Source: Balanoglossus misakiensis (lineage: Eukaryota > Animalia > Hemichordata). Taken from it: a stretch of DNA of 64,000 bases. Within the stretch, counting starts at the first letter, position 1; every line of letters begins with the position of its first letter. The notes under the pieces were generated by a model. It was not told the DNA's origin. It saw nothing but the letters and a program-made list of their open reading frames with translations, and made no database searches. Positions 14,762 through 26,700 of the stretch are shown one piece after another. Where the stretch lies: assembly GCA_040954595.2 (NCBI GenBank), contig CM082586.2, forward strand, positions 6,310,509 to 6,374,508, in the 5' to 3' direction. The position numbers were made by a program, and so were the translations under genes.

Positions 14762-17700
14762 CCCGGGTGCGTGCGCGCATCTTAACTGAGACACGATAGG
14801 TGATCCAGCATAAATGACATCTCTGTTTGTTCTATTTTACAATCACGAAATATGTGTGGTATCAAAATAACGTCAAAAGATCACGACTTTTTTAGTGTCG
14901 ACGTCGCGTTTATGAACCGACTATGAATGCGATGTTATAGACTGCACTGATCCTTAGGCTGATAAACAAGGCACCTTGTGTTCAACGTCTTGCTTGACTT
15001 GATCTGTTGTGATTTAAATCGAAAGTGCCTGTGCAACGTCACTTTTCGCCATTGTTTGGAAATGTGTTTGCGAAAGCTTGCCATGATGTCGCATTTCTTT
15101 GCACTTGTTTCAACATGTCCTCTGTCTGTCTACTCTTTGGATAGACGGGATATACCCTCCGGTCCTCTCTCATTGTCTTGTAGTGTTTTCTATTTATAGA
15201 CATGCCGTATAAGCTTTGTTTCCACACCACGTCGTGAGGTAGGCCTAGCCCACTCTCTTATACAGTTTCACCTGTTTTATTAGTCCCCATGGACCAAGTC
15301 CGCGAACTAATAATGGACTGGGCATCGTCTATATAGATCCAGTAGGGACTATGCCATTGACAATGACTGAAACTCACGAATCTTCTCTTCTGCTATACAT
15401 GTTCACGTATTCTCAGTCTCAGTCGTTTGACTAAACAGGTGTTCATACTCAAGCTTCCATGCTTTGATGATTTTACGTCTAAAACATGTTGTCTATATGT
15501 CGTGCCACGCAGTTTATTTATCACTTCTGATATCCTCCGAACTCAATCATTTTGTCATTTTGAAAACGTGATTTGAACATAATTGTGGGCGGCTCACCGA
15601 GAAGCATTGTGGGAATTCGGGCTTGTCCTCTTCAGAAGGACGAGGAAATAACCGAGGGAGCGAGGGCTAGAGTCAGTTGAACGAGAAAATAATTGACAAG
15701 GAAACTGGACGATAAAAGGAACGGTGAATAAATTTAGAGGAAGTGATGAATGCAAATGAACGTGATCCATTAGTGAACGAAATTAATTAATCCCATAGTA
15801 GAAACGCATTCATTCTCGATAGAAAAGGCACCCTATGTATTAGTGGCGTCCCTCAGAAAATTGGATTCGAATTCCAAGGGGCCGTGCAAGCGGCAAATCA
15901 GACTCCGAACAGCTGCATGCAAAGAACACAGTACTGAAAATAATCACTTTGACAAGTTCGAGCCCAAATACTTTGTTTCGGCAAGCTTCTGCAGGTGATA
16001 CGGGTACGTAATTTTCAGGAAATAAATGGCGGACCTCTGCGAAACCGACAGTCGAAGGCCACCGTATTCACAGTAGCCAACCTCAGCCTGAGATTGCGTT
16101 GGCCACTTTGGAGTACTCCGTATCTTCAGCTATAGAGTTTGAGGACCGAGATGATTTTTTTCTCGATCGAAATTGATAACATAGGGTGCTTCCAATCACT
16201 GATTGTGACTCGCCTTACAGTTTTTATCTGTCCAGTTACATAAAATTAAGGGTTCCAAATTCCAAGCCCCGAAACAATGTTAATCGATTCTAAACAATCA
16301 AACACAAAATTAAATCAATACACATTTCATAAGGAGTTCATTGTTCTAACAATAAAAAGAGTTCGAGTCTACGAAAAATTAACAGCCCTATCTTCAAATT
16401 AGGTATGGTGCCATCTATATAATAAGAGTACATTCTTTTCTTGTCGCTAAGTAAATAATATAGTTACCCAGCAACACAAGTCTTATCTCTTCTTTTGAGA
16501 TTATGCTACTTGCATATGTCCGTATCCTGGTCTGTATCAAGCAAAATCGTCTAGTGATGGCGCACTATACCAGCCTGCGACCGCGACCACCTGATATGCA
16601 TTTTGTCATAAAACTTTTAATTTGCTATTTTTAAAAAAATGGAATCACTGTTGCGAATACCTAACACCCGAATTAGGGGCAAATATAACGTATTGTATTG
16701 GCCTACGGTGTTGTAATTTCTTGATGATAAGCTTGTGTAACCTTACGGACTACTTGAAGTGGCATAATTTAAAAGAGCACTTTACCAAAAATGTTTCTAA
16801 TACTGAAAAATAGAGTTTGACCATCCTGTTTTCTATTGTTAATTAATTCGTTGGTGTTCATCACGAGAAAATTATGGCGTCTGTAAATTGTGTAACCGCA
16901 TAGGCCTATCTGGGCATAGACAGTCTATGTATCTGGGCTCGTGGGTTCAGCAGCTCTTGGGCTGAGGGCCGTGTGCCCCGCCTACTCCCCTTGGTTTGTG
17001 ATTGACAGTCGTAAAAAATAAACATCGCGATAGCGACACGCGCATTTTCATGCTTCCGGTCGCGAGAAAAGTACATGAGGTAGGTCTACGTTGTTTGTTG
17101 CATGATAATGGACATATTCCGGTATATTCCGCTCAGGTTTGTACGAACACGACGGCAAATTTAGTCAACCCATTCGCAGCACCTCTGTATTTAGAGTCTG
17201 TAGCCCACTAAATCGTGCACACCATTCATGGTTGTGTTTGAGAAATGTACATGTGCGGAAATGTACAAGGGTGAGTTTACGCATGGGGGTACTGTGGTAG
17301 CTCCACGGTTTACGCGTTTTTCAGCTCATGTGAGGAAAGGTATCCCCAACTCCTATGAGATATCTCTTCCCAGGTTGTTGGCGTCTCATATTTCTTTCTC
17401 GCATACCCCATAAATGTTACATTTGCACTAGAAACATTCAATTTACTAGTACGAGCGTCGTCTGTCACGTTGTTGTGGTTCCTGTTCCTGTACTACGCAT
17501 TGCGTCATTGGATAAGCAAACTTTATTATCCAATCAGCAGTCGTGGCTCATAATAAATCTCGACAGGGAAAGTGAAAATCACATGTTACTCTCGGCTACC
17601 AGTTTGTAACAGATAATTTCAAGATGTTGAGTAAGTAATGTGTTTATTTTATGGTTTTATTCAGGCGGATATGGAGGCCGAGGAGGTCGTCCAGCTTCTG

Positions 17701-20700
17701 CGTACCTTTCAGAGGGACAGGCCGTCGGCTACGGAGACCTCCTTCGACCCAACCAGAGGGGCAGCGGCGGAGGTGGTTCGTCCGCTGGTGCTGGTGGTGG
17801 AGTTGTTTTCATAGTTGGCAACTACACTTTTGAATTATACGGCGTTATCTCCGCGGATGGCGAAGACGCAACGGGCTCTTCGAGCGGTGGAGGCGCCGGA
17901 GGTAGCATCTTCATCTGGACGGACGCTCTTGAAGGCAGTGGACGGATATCGGCCATTGGAGGACGAGGAGGCAGTGGTGGAGGGGGCGGGGCTGGTGGAC
18001 GCGTCTCCGTAGAAACCAACGACGATGACCAGTTCACTGGACAAATCTTTGTTCATGGTGGAAGGCCAGGTAAAATACTGTACATACTGTCATTTGAGAA
18101 TGGTTTGACTTGTATCCTGACCTCTGAATTTCATTTATATCAATAAGAAAATATATGAGTTGTGTATGTAGTTTTTGGCTAGAAATAAAGCTGGGGCTAG
18201 TGTTGCTAAGATACCACCAGCAATTTGCATATCTACACTGTAATACATGTATGTCAGTCTGGTGGGTCGTAAATTTCCAACTTATTTTTATCTTTAATAA
18301 AATAAATTATTTTTCTTATTTTTGATGTAGTGTACATGTAGCTATAAGTGTTATGTGGCATATGCTTTGAAAATTGAAAATAATGACATTTGGTTTACTG
18401 ATTTTAATCATTTCACGTGTGAATTTTCCTGGCTTCTCTAGATGGTGATACAGACCCATACCAAATCGCTTCATCCATGACGGCCAGCAGTCGAAAACAC
18501 AGCTCAACTGATGCGGAGTATGGAAGGTTGGAAAATGGCAATACGAACTGGCGACCGTACTACAATAACGCAGACCAGTATTTAGAGGCGGTGTTTAACA
18601 CGCCGATCTACGCGACAGCGATAGCCACAAGAGGTTGCGAAGGAACCGAGTGTTACGGTGGCACCCAAAATACTGAATACTGGGTGAAGGAGTACTACGT
18701 AGATATCTATGATGGAAGCAGCTATAAGGAATACAAGGTATATTAGAAAATTGTTTTCCAAATCCAGTGAATTGTTTTGTAAAATTTACTTTGATATATA
18801 AGGCACTCCCTAAAAGAGTACCACAACAGAGAAATAATCGTTGTCATTAACAGTTACAGTATTGTCTCTTTAAACCTTCATTGCACTTTGCAGTATTGTT
18901 CTAGTCTTTAAATTTGTTTTAAAACTTGTTTTGAAATATGCCCTAGTCCGTTCTTTCTTTAGGGTGATAATTTATTTTTTCCTCTCTTCAATTCAGAATT
19001 TGGATGGCACAAGGACAGTGTTTGCTGGCAATGTTGATGGGACGAATGAAAAATTGATTTATCTTGACTATCCCGTCTATGCCACGAAAGTCAAAATCCG
19101 TCCTAAAAGTTGGCAGTCTGTTATATCCATGGCAATGGGTGTTTACGGCTATGAGATTGGTAAGTGCAACTATCAATGTACCTGTTCATTTTGGAATATC
19201 TTGTGAGATAGATGGTATCTTCCCGGCCAAATATAGCTGTACATTGTAACAAAACTAACAGGATTGGTTCAGTGTTTAATCCATACGGGGGCCCGGGGGA
19301 TTCACCGTGACCCCTTTTGACATGTTGGCACCCCCAGCAATTTGTGAAGTTGGGACCAGTGCCCCTCAAATATATCTCACTCATATGTGTCTGTGTGTGA
19401 TTCCTCGAAATAGTCACAGACAGAACAGGGATGAAATAAATGAGAATTTTTTTTCTCTTGTTTGCAGGTACTGGAGGTCATACCCCTGAAACTGACTGTC
19501 AAGTGCAGGATGGTAAGTGCTCCATATTTTGAAATGAAACTTTGTGGTTTGTTGCGTTTTAGGGTCAGATTCCTCACTCATTAGATTGTGTAAGAATATG
19601 AAAGTACTCTTCTCTGTGATATCTGGATTAATTATTGAGACAATTGCTGTTTTCATTTGGGTTCACTGCCCAATCTCACAATTCTGACTGCTTTTTGTGA
19701 TTTCCACCAACAGATGCAGAAACTGGTGGCCCTGGTACCCTGCACATGCTAGAGGGCGCTATCCATAGCCTTACAATTGACAATAAAGGAAACTATCCTA
19801 ATGTAAGTTCAGACAGTTAGGGCTCTTTAGTCATTACTTTGTTATGATAAAACAGTTTGAAATAAAATTACCACTTCATGGTAAACATTTTTTTATGAAA
19901 CTGAAACTTTCTAAGACTTAAAGTAAACTTTACAAGATTTGGCTGTACAGGCACATATTAATGTGATTATCATTTTTTTATTCTTGCTAGTTATGTTTTA
20001 CATTGTGATTTGCTCAATAGTTTAGCTTAACTAGAGAAGTGCTCATTTTGAATAACTTTTTCCAATCAAATTTCTACAGATTCCAGTAACGGGTGATTGT
20101 ACCAAGTATCAGATAGCAGTTTCAGGTAATTTGGCTCACAACTGCAGTTCCTGTTAATTTTACTTTACTGATTTAAGGAAAAGAATTTGTATGTGTTTAT
20201 CATGATGGAAATATTTCTAACAAAAATTATTTGGGGTTACTTTGTCTGTTGCACTGTTTTAACCCTATTACCATCCTGGTTTGGTAATAATCCATTTCTT
20301 CTGTGGTAAAAGGTGATTCTCAAAGCTTCATATTAACTTAATTTGAGGTTTGACCTAATATTTTTTCAACCCACAGGCGCTATTGCTTGGGTTGAGCCTG
20401 GTCAGGCTAGCGGGTACAACCTCTCAGCGATCACTTTACAAGATAGTGGCCATCTTGCGATCAACCACCCGACTACTGTCTCTGATGATATAAACGGTGA
20501 CGAGACAACGATTCTGCATGTAGCAGAAGGCAGAACAATTGCACTGGACCACAACGTGGTCATCACATCGACAGTGTACGTCTACGACAATGCCATCATG
20601 GACTTCAACGGAAACTCTGTGTCCTTCAAGAGATCCCTGTCGTCTTGGGGCGAAATCAGAACAGACCATTCGATGTGGTTCACCTTCGGTGGTTTCGACG

Positions 20701-23700
20701 ACAGTAAGATGATTCTGTACCCCTACGCAGAGAATGCGTTTCAGCTCAATGCTTTGACCATGGAGGAGGACGCCACCGTGATCATGAAACAGTCGAGTAG
20801 TCCAGGGGTCTGCGGGTACAGTCTGCAGATTGCAGGGAACCTGGCAGAGCTTATCATGAAGGAACGATCATCACTCGAAGTTGGCTGCCCGTCGTACCTC
20901 ATTGGAGAAAAATTTCAAATGAATTCACAGTCATCGGCTGCAATATCTGTCGACAGTCCGATGAAATTCGACGACGTCCGAATCGGAGGAACGCTGAACG
21001 TAGCAAACAAAGTCATCATCGAGGGCAAATCGTACAATTCGAAAGTCGTAACCTTCACCATTGAAAGCGACGGCGTCGTGAAGCTGAACACTAAGGGTGA
21101 AAACATGGTCATCAACGGGACTGAACATCCGGACAAGCAGTGGTCGGAGTTGTACTTCCGGGACACGTACGTCTCCGGGCAGTTCCACCCGGACGTCGTC
21201 AAGAACAACGGCGACGATGTGTATCCGACCGGCTGGGAGACTCTCGTCGTCCATGCGGGCGGCCTCTTCAACTTCACCTCGGCCAGCAAGTTTGAAGTGG
21301 ACGATGTCACAGTGGACGGCCGAATGACTGTCCAGAACCCGATCTGGATGGAAGGGCGGGCCACAAACCTGCACAGAGTGAGATCCTTCAGTGTCGGTTC
21401 TTCCGGAGAAGTTCACTTCGATGAACAGGGTAAGCACTGATAACGAAATTCTCTTCCAGTTCTGTAATAGAGGGACTGTGACTAAACTAAACCACAAAGT
21501 TGAGAGCTGTAACACAAGTTGAATTAACTACAGTCCCGCTATCAACTTTTACACTATTTTACGTTACCTAATTAGTAGCCCACTGTACAAAAATTGAAAC
21601 TCTTAGTAAATTACTATCATAGCTGGACCAGTCTATATTAATGCCAACAGCATAACTATCATCATACATGTATCAAACATCAGATAAGGAAAATGTACAT
21701 TTAGGTACAAATAGCTGTATTTTTGGCTATTTTTACAATATTTGTTTTTTTTGTTTAGTACAAATTACTATAAAAATGGCCAAAAGTTACTGCATTTCTC
21801 CTTTTACATTAGTTACATGTATCTTTACTGAATCATGTACTACAACAATAGTATAATATAAATGTAAATTTTTGTACTTGTGATAATGCTGATAGCTTAA
21901 TACTTCTTTCAAATAATGTTAAGAAATGTGTGCGTTGTCAGAAAGATTCAAATAAGTAGATTAGACCTTTGCTTCGTAATCTTTTAGTGTTGTAGATGGT
22001 AAATGTGGCTGTTCTAAGAGGTTATCATCAAACGTCATGTTCTATCCATGTGAAGAACTTGTGATATCCTTGTGAAGAACATGTGATATCCATGTGAAGA
22101 ACATGTGATATCCATGTGAAGAACATGTGATATCCGTACATGTATGGACATCATCCAGTGTTTGTTGAAAACTGATCTATGAGAATGCTGATGAATACAC
22201 TTTGATAATGTAGTTTACTGTCTTTCTGTTAATGTTAACCTTGATTATGATAATCTAGTTCCTTTCTTATTGTAAACGTCCAACTTGGCTCTTATTGTAA
22301 TGTTGTCTACTAATCAGTTTGCCCTCTAACAAGCATAATTTTAAATGCTTTGAGTCAAACTTAGGATTACTCTTTGAGTCGGCGCTTTACCTTTGCATGT
22401 ATTGTGGATAATTTTCTTGAGGCATCATTGAGACTGTTGAGTCAGTGGTGCGTCAAATGGGCTTAAACGGCATACTGCTACTAACTTCTTGTAGATGTTA
22501 ATCTTGATGATACAACTGCTGGTAAATGATAATGTAGTCTTCCTAAAGCTGGCAACAGTGTATCAACTACTGGCAAGTGTTCTCTTCTGTCTGTAATGTC
22601 ATCGAACAGCTTGTATATCACAGCTGATAAGTTTCTGATCCATGGCAAATTTCAGGCAGGCAATTTGTCCATCAGCGTTGGCTTTGAAATGCTACATGTA
22701 GTCTATAAGCAACACTGGCACTTCCAGTATCGTTGCTGTTGGCATGAATAAGATCAGTCATATGGCACCCTGAGTGCACAGAACCCTGAGCGAATGGAGG
22801 GAAGATCATCTGGAGGGATGAGGTCCCTTTCTGTTGGGTTCATGGGGCAGACTCTTTGATGCAGCTATTATTTCTTTCCCTACGGGTGCACATGCAGATT
22901 TGATTGCTGAAACTGTGCATATTGACAGGACTTTTCTGGCAGGGATGGTTTTGATACTTTTACACTGGCAAACGTTGGCCGTTTCGCTCTCGCTGTTGTT
23001 GGCAAATTCAGAGTAAATGAAATGTCCATAGATGGTTCCACGGAGAACTCGATTTGGATTGAGGAGTTGCCAACCAACGTGCACCGACCCGTGTGGGGAC
23101 TTTTTCTGTACGTTGGGCCTTGCAGTTGGTGAGTTTTATTTTGACATTGCAGGACAAACAGCGGGCAGCTGGTCAAACGTCTCCCGACTGATTGCCCATT
23201 CGGTTTACATCAACGGTAAGTTCCTAGCTGGACAGCTGTCAGTGGATTCCGGTGAGGCTTATGGGTGGGACAGCTTACTGATGGACGACAGCAACGCAGA
23301 GTTCAGGTTCGAAGCCGTCGACGCGTTCAGTTGCAACGACATCGAAGTGGCGACCGGCGCCGTGGAGATTTTCAACGCGGTCGTCATCAAAGGAAGAGAC
23401 ATGGTCCGCTGCGAGTTTTTCAAAATCGGAACATCAGGAAGCATCCATTTGAACAGTAACGGTTTGCACACCAATCTGCAGGTTCCAGTAAACACCTCTG
23501 GATCTGTATCATCTCTGTACGCCCAGAACGTCCAGATCGGGGGCAGTTTCCAGGCAAATGAACTCTACACTGGGGATGGTTGGGATGTGCTGACCGTTGA
23601 GACCGCAGGGACGTTTAACCTGACAACTGTCGGGAAGTTTAAGCTTAGTGATATAACGGTTAATGGCCTGATGCTCGTGCAAAATGAAATGTGGATGGAA

Positions 23701-26700
23701 GGAACGTCTGTACACCGAGTGAGAATGTTTTCCATTGGTGTTGATGGTGAACTTCTGTTTGATATCAAAGGTAGGAAGGTCTATGCCCCAGCTGATAATC
23801 AGAGTTGTCCCTAGTCAGTTGTTTGTCTCTCTATATAGAGGGTCTGTTTTGGAGTCAATGACACTAATGCCTGCATGTCCTGGTTGGTAGTTTTTGCTGT
23901 CTTTGCATGTGGAAGTTCATAATTGGGTTTGCATGGAAGTCTAGATGTGGTCTGTATCAGAGCCACTGACACTGGTGCCCTATATTTTCCGGGAGTACTT
24001 GACATTTTTGTAACAATGAAGATTGGTGCTTTTTGTTGAGCTGTGAATGTGTGATGACTCTTTTAGATTTGGTTAGCTTAGAAAACTACTTAGATTTTTT
24101 GTAAAATAGTTCTGAAAAGCTTGACTTGATAGCTAGGTGTATTGTGCCATGTCACCCGTGGACCTCTGGAATTATTGGTAAGAGTTTTTCTACCATCACA
24201 TGGTAACACATGACAAAACTAGACAGACCTGGATTTTTATGCATGGTAGAATAGCATGATTTGCAGTACATGTACAAATGGTGTGAGGAATTGCATGGCA
24301 ATTAATATAACCTTTGCATGGAATGTAAAATTAACGATTACCCTCTAATCAATGACTGATAGTGCCTCTGGTCATATACCAGAAAATTGTACAGTCAAAT
24401 TCATGTCACATAACAGAGTAATATTGACAAAGCAGGTTGAATATTTTAATGTTACAAATATTTCACTACAACAGGGCGTATAGCAGGCAGCTGGTCCAAT
24501 ACGTCCAGGCTCATTGCCCATCAGGTGTTCATTGATGGCACGTTCCTAGCTGGGCTGTTGTCTGTGAATACTGGAGAAGTCTACGGATGGGACACCTTGG
24601 TGATGGATGACAGTGGAGCCGAGTTTCGGTTTGAAGCATTCGACGAATTCCGGTGCGACGACATCGAAGTGGCGTCTGGCACCATGGAGATCTTCAACCC
24701 GTCCACGATCCAAGGAACGGATGAGGTGTTGTGCGAGTTTGTTAAGATCGGAAGATGGGGAAGTTTGCTCTTAGACACCGACGGCGGCGACAGCGATGCA
24801 TGGAGAGACGCCGCGTCCCATATCCTTTCGAAAATCGTTGAGGTCAACGGGACTCTGCATGCTGGTGGTTTGACCGCAGGGCCCGGCTGGGATGAGCTGA
24901 GTGTCGGCTCATACGGCCTTTTCACTCTTCAGGCCTTCACGTCAGAATTGTCAGTGGACACTGTGGTCATCGCAGGCACTGTCGACATTCTGAATCCAGT
25001 GGTGATCAAGGGAAAGAGTCAACCGTATTGTCTGGAATTCACCGAACTCTCCGGAGGCAGTATAACTATCGATAGCGGAAGCTACGAAGGCAGTGGCAGT
25101 ACGAACCTGACGTTCTCAACTCTGAACGCCTACTACATCACGCTGGACGGCGACTTCACGGCGCTCAACTTGTCCTTCAGCGCTCGCCGACTGACCGTCG
25201 GCGGAAGCATGACCTTCACCCCGGCCACACCAGAACACGTGGATGAAGTGGAGGTGCGTAGCGGCGGCCGTGTGGAGATCTTGAAGCCGGTGACCTTCCT
25301 CGGGGAGACAGACGCCAAGACTCAAGACATAACGATCGACGGTTACATGAAGCTGGACACTTCGGCCGGGGACCACTCGAACAGGCAGTGGTCTCTAGGC
25401 GAGGCGTCTGTCTTCCACCTCGTGAATCTGACCGTCAACGGCGAGTTCCACGGCGGCCTTCTATCCGAAGTGGACGGCTGGCGGTTTTTAACCGTGGGAG
25501 GCGGCGGCATCATGACCTTCGAACCCAACACCACCTGGTACATAAATACAGCGTCGGTATCCGGCAGCGTGAAGTCCTTCATTCCGTTCTTCGAAGACAC
25601 CCCTCTCATCTGCGGAGAACTCGCGATCCACTCGGGCGGCGTCTTCGACATCGACTACAAAGGTCCCACGGCCGGCGATGACCTCGGCGCGCCCTACTCC
25701 CACCTGATCATCGAAGCTCAGCTCACCCTCGACGGACTTCTGCAAACTGGCTGCCTCCACCTTGAGACTCCAACAGTGACCCTTGGAAGCACTGGAGAAA
25801 TCAATGTTGATGGTGGAGGGTACCTCAGTGATGAAGGAACAGGTGAGTAACCTAGGCTACAGATAAGCCTGTACAACATTAGAGTAGAGAGTTTGCATAG
25901 ATTAAGCATTCCATTTGAGGGGGTGGGGTGTGCATATCAGGGTTAGATTTATGGAGTAATATTAAGTTAAGGGACTTTTCACGGTTTTAACATTAGACTA
26001 GCAATTTTAACATTAGAATGTGCAAGTAGTATTTTAGCATAGGATTTATAGTGAACTTTTGGCAGTTTCATTATTTGGCTACATGGTTTTATTTACTTCC
26101 ATCATGACAATTACTGAATTAGGATGCCAATTAATGCCCCTTCAGATTTAATAGAATGAAATCTAAAAATGTCTCAAGCATAATATAAAAAGAAGTATTA
26201 GATTGATTTTAGAGGCAGCAGTACATTATACCTTAGATGTAATTCTGAAAATAATATTTCACAGGATATGGAATATCGTCGACCACCAATGGTGGTTCTG
26301 GAGCAAGTTATGGCGGACGAGGAGGACGAGCGTGCAAATCAGCCACTGAATGCACCTTGGCCAACATGCCCTATGGGGACATTTTCCGAGACACGGAAAT
26401 CCAGTGGGGCAGTGGTGGTGGTTCTGGCAGCGGGGGGCTTGGCGGAAGAGGGGGTGGACGAATACACATCCGGGTACAGCATACTTTTACAATGAATGGA
26501 CATATTAGTTTGAATGCAGAAAATGCTCCTGTAAGTATATTCTGATTTTCATAAAGTTATGATTTATGCACTTTTGCGGTAAATACAGATCAATGTCCAA
26601 TAACTGTCATTCTTTGGAGACAAAAACTCTACATTTTATATTACGAAGTACACCCTTTTAAAATTATCAGAGTTCAACTAACATACTGTCTGCAAAAAAA

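Noticed and set aside
6580-17664. Short ORFs in the 11 kb first intron as a nested gene or extra exons
   Set aside because: No recognisable domains or coherent splice chain; exons 1 and 2 join in phase and continue the repeat motif.
22043-22135. 22 bp direct repeats as a possible CRISPR array
   Set aside because: Head-to-tail with no unique spacers, eukaryotic context and no cas genes; this is a minisatellite.
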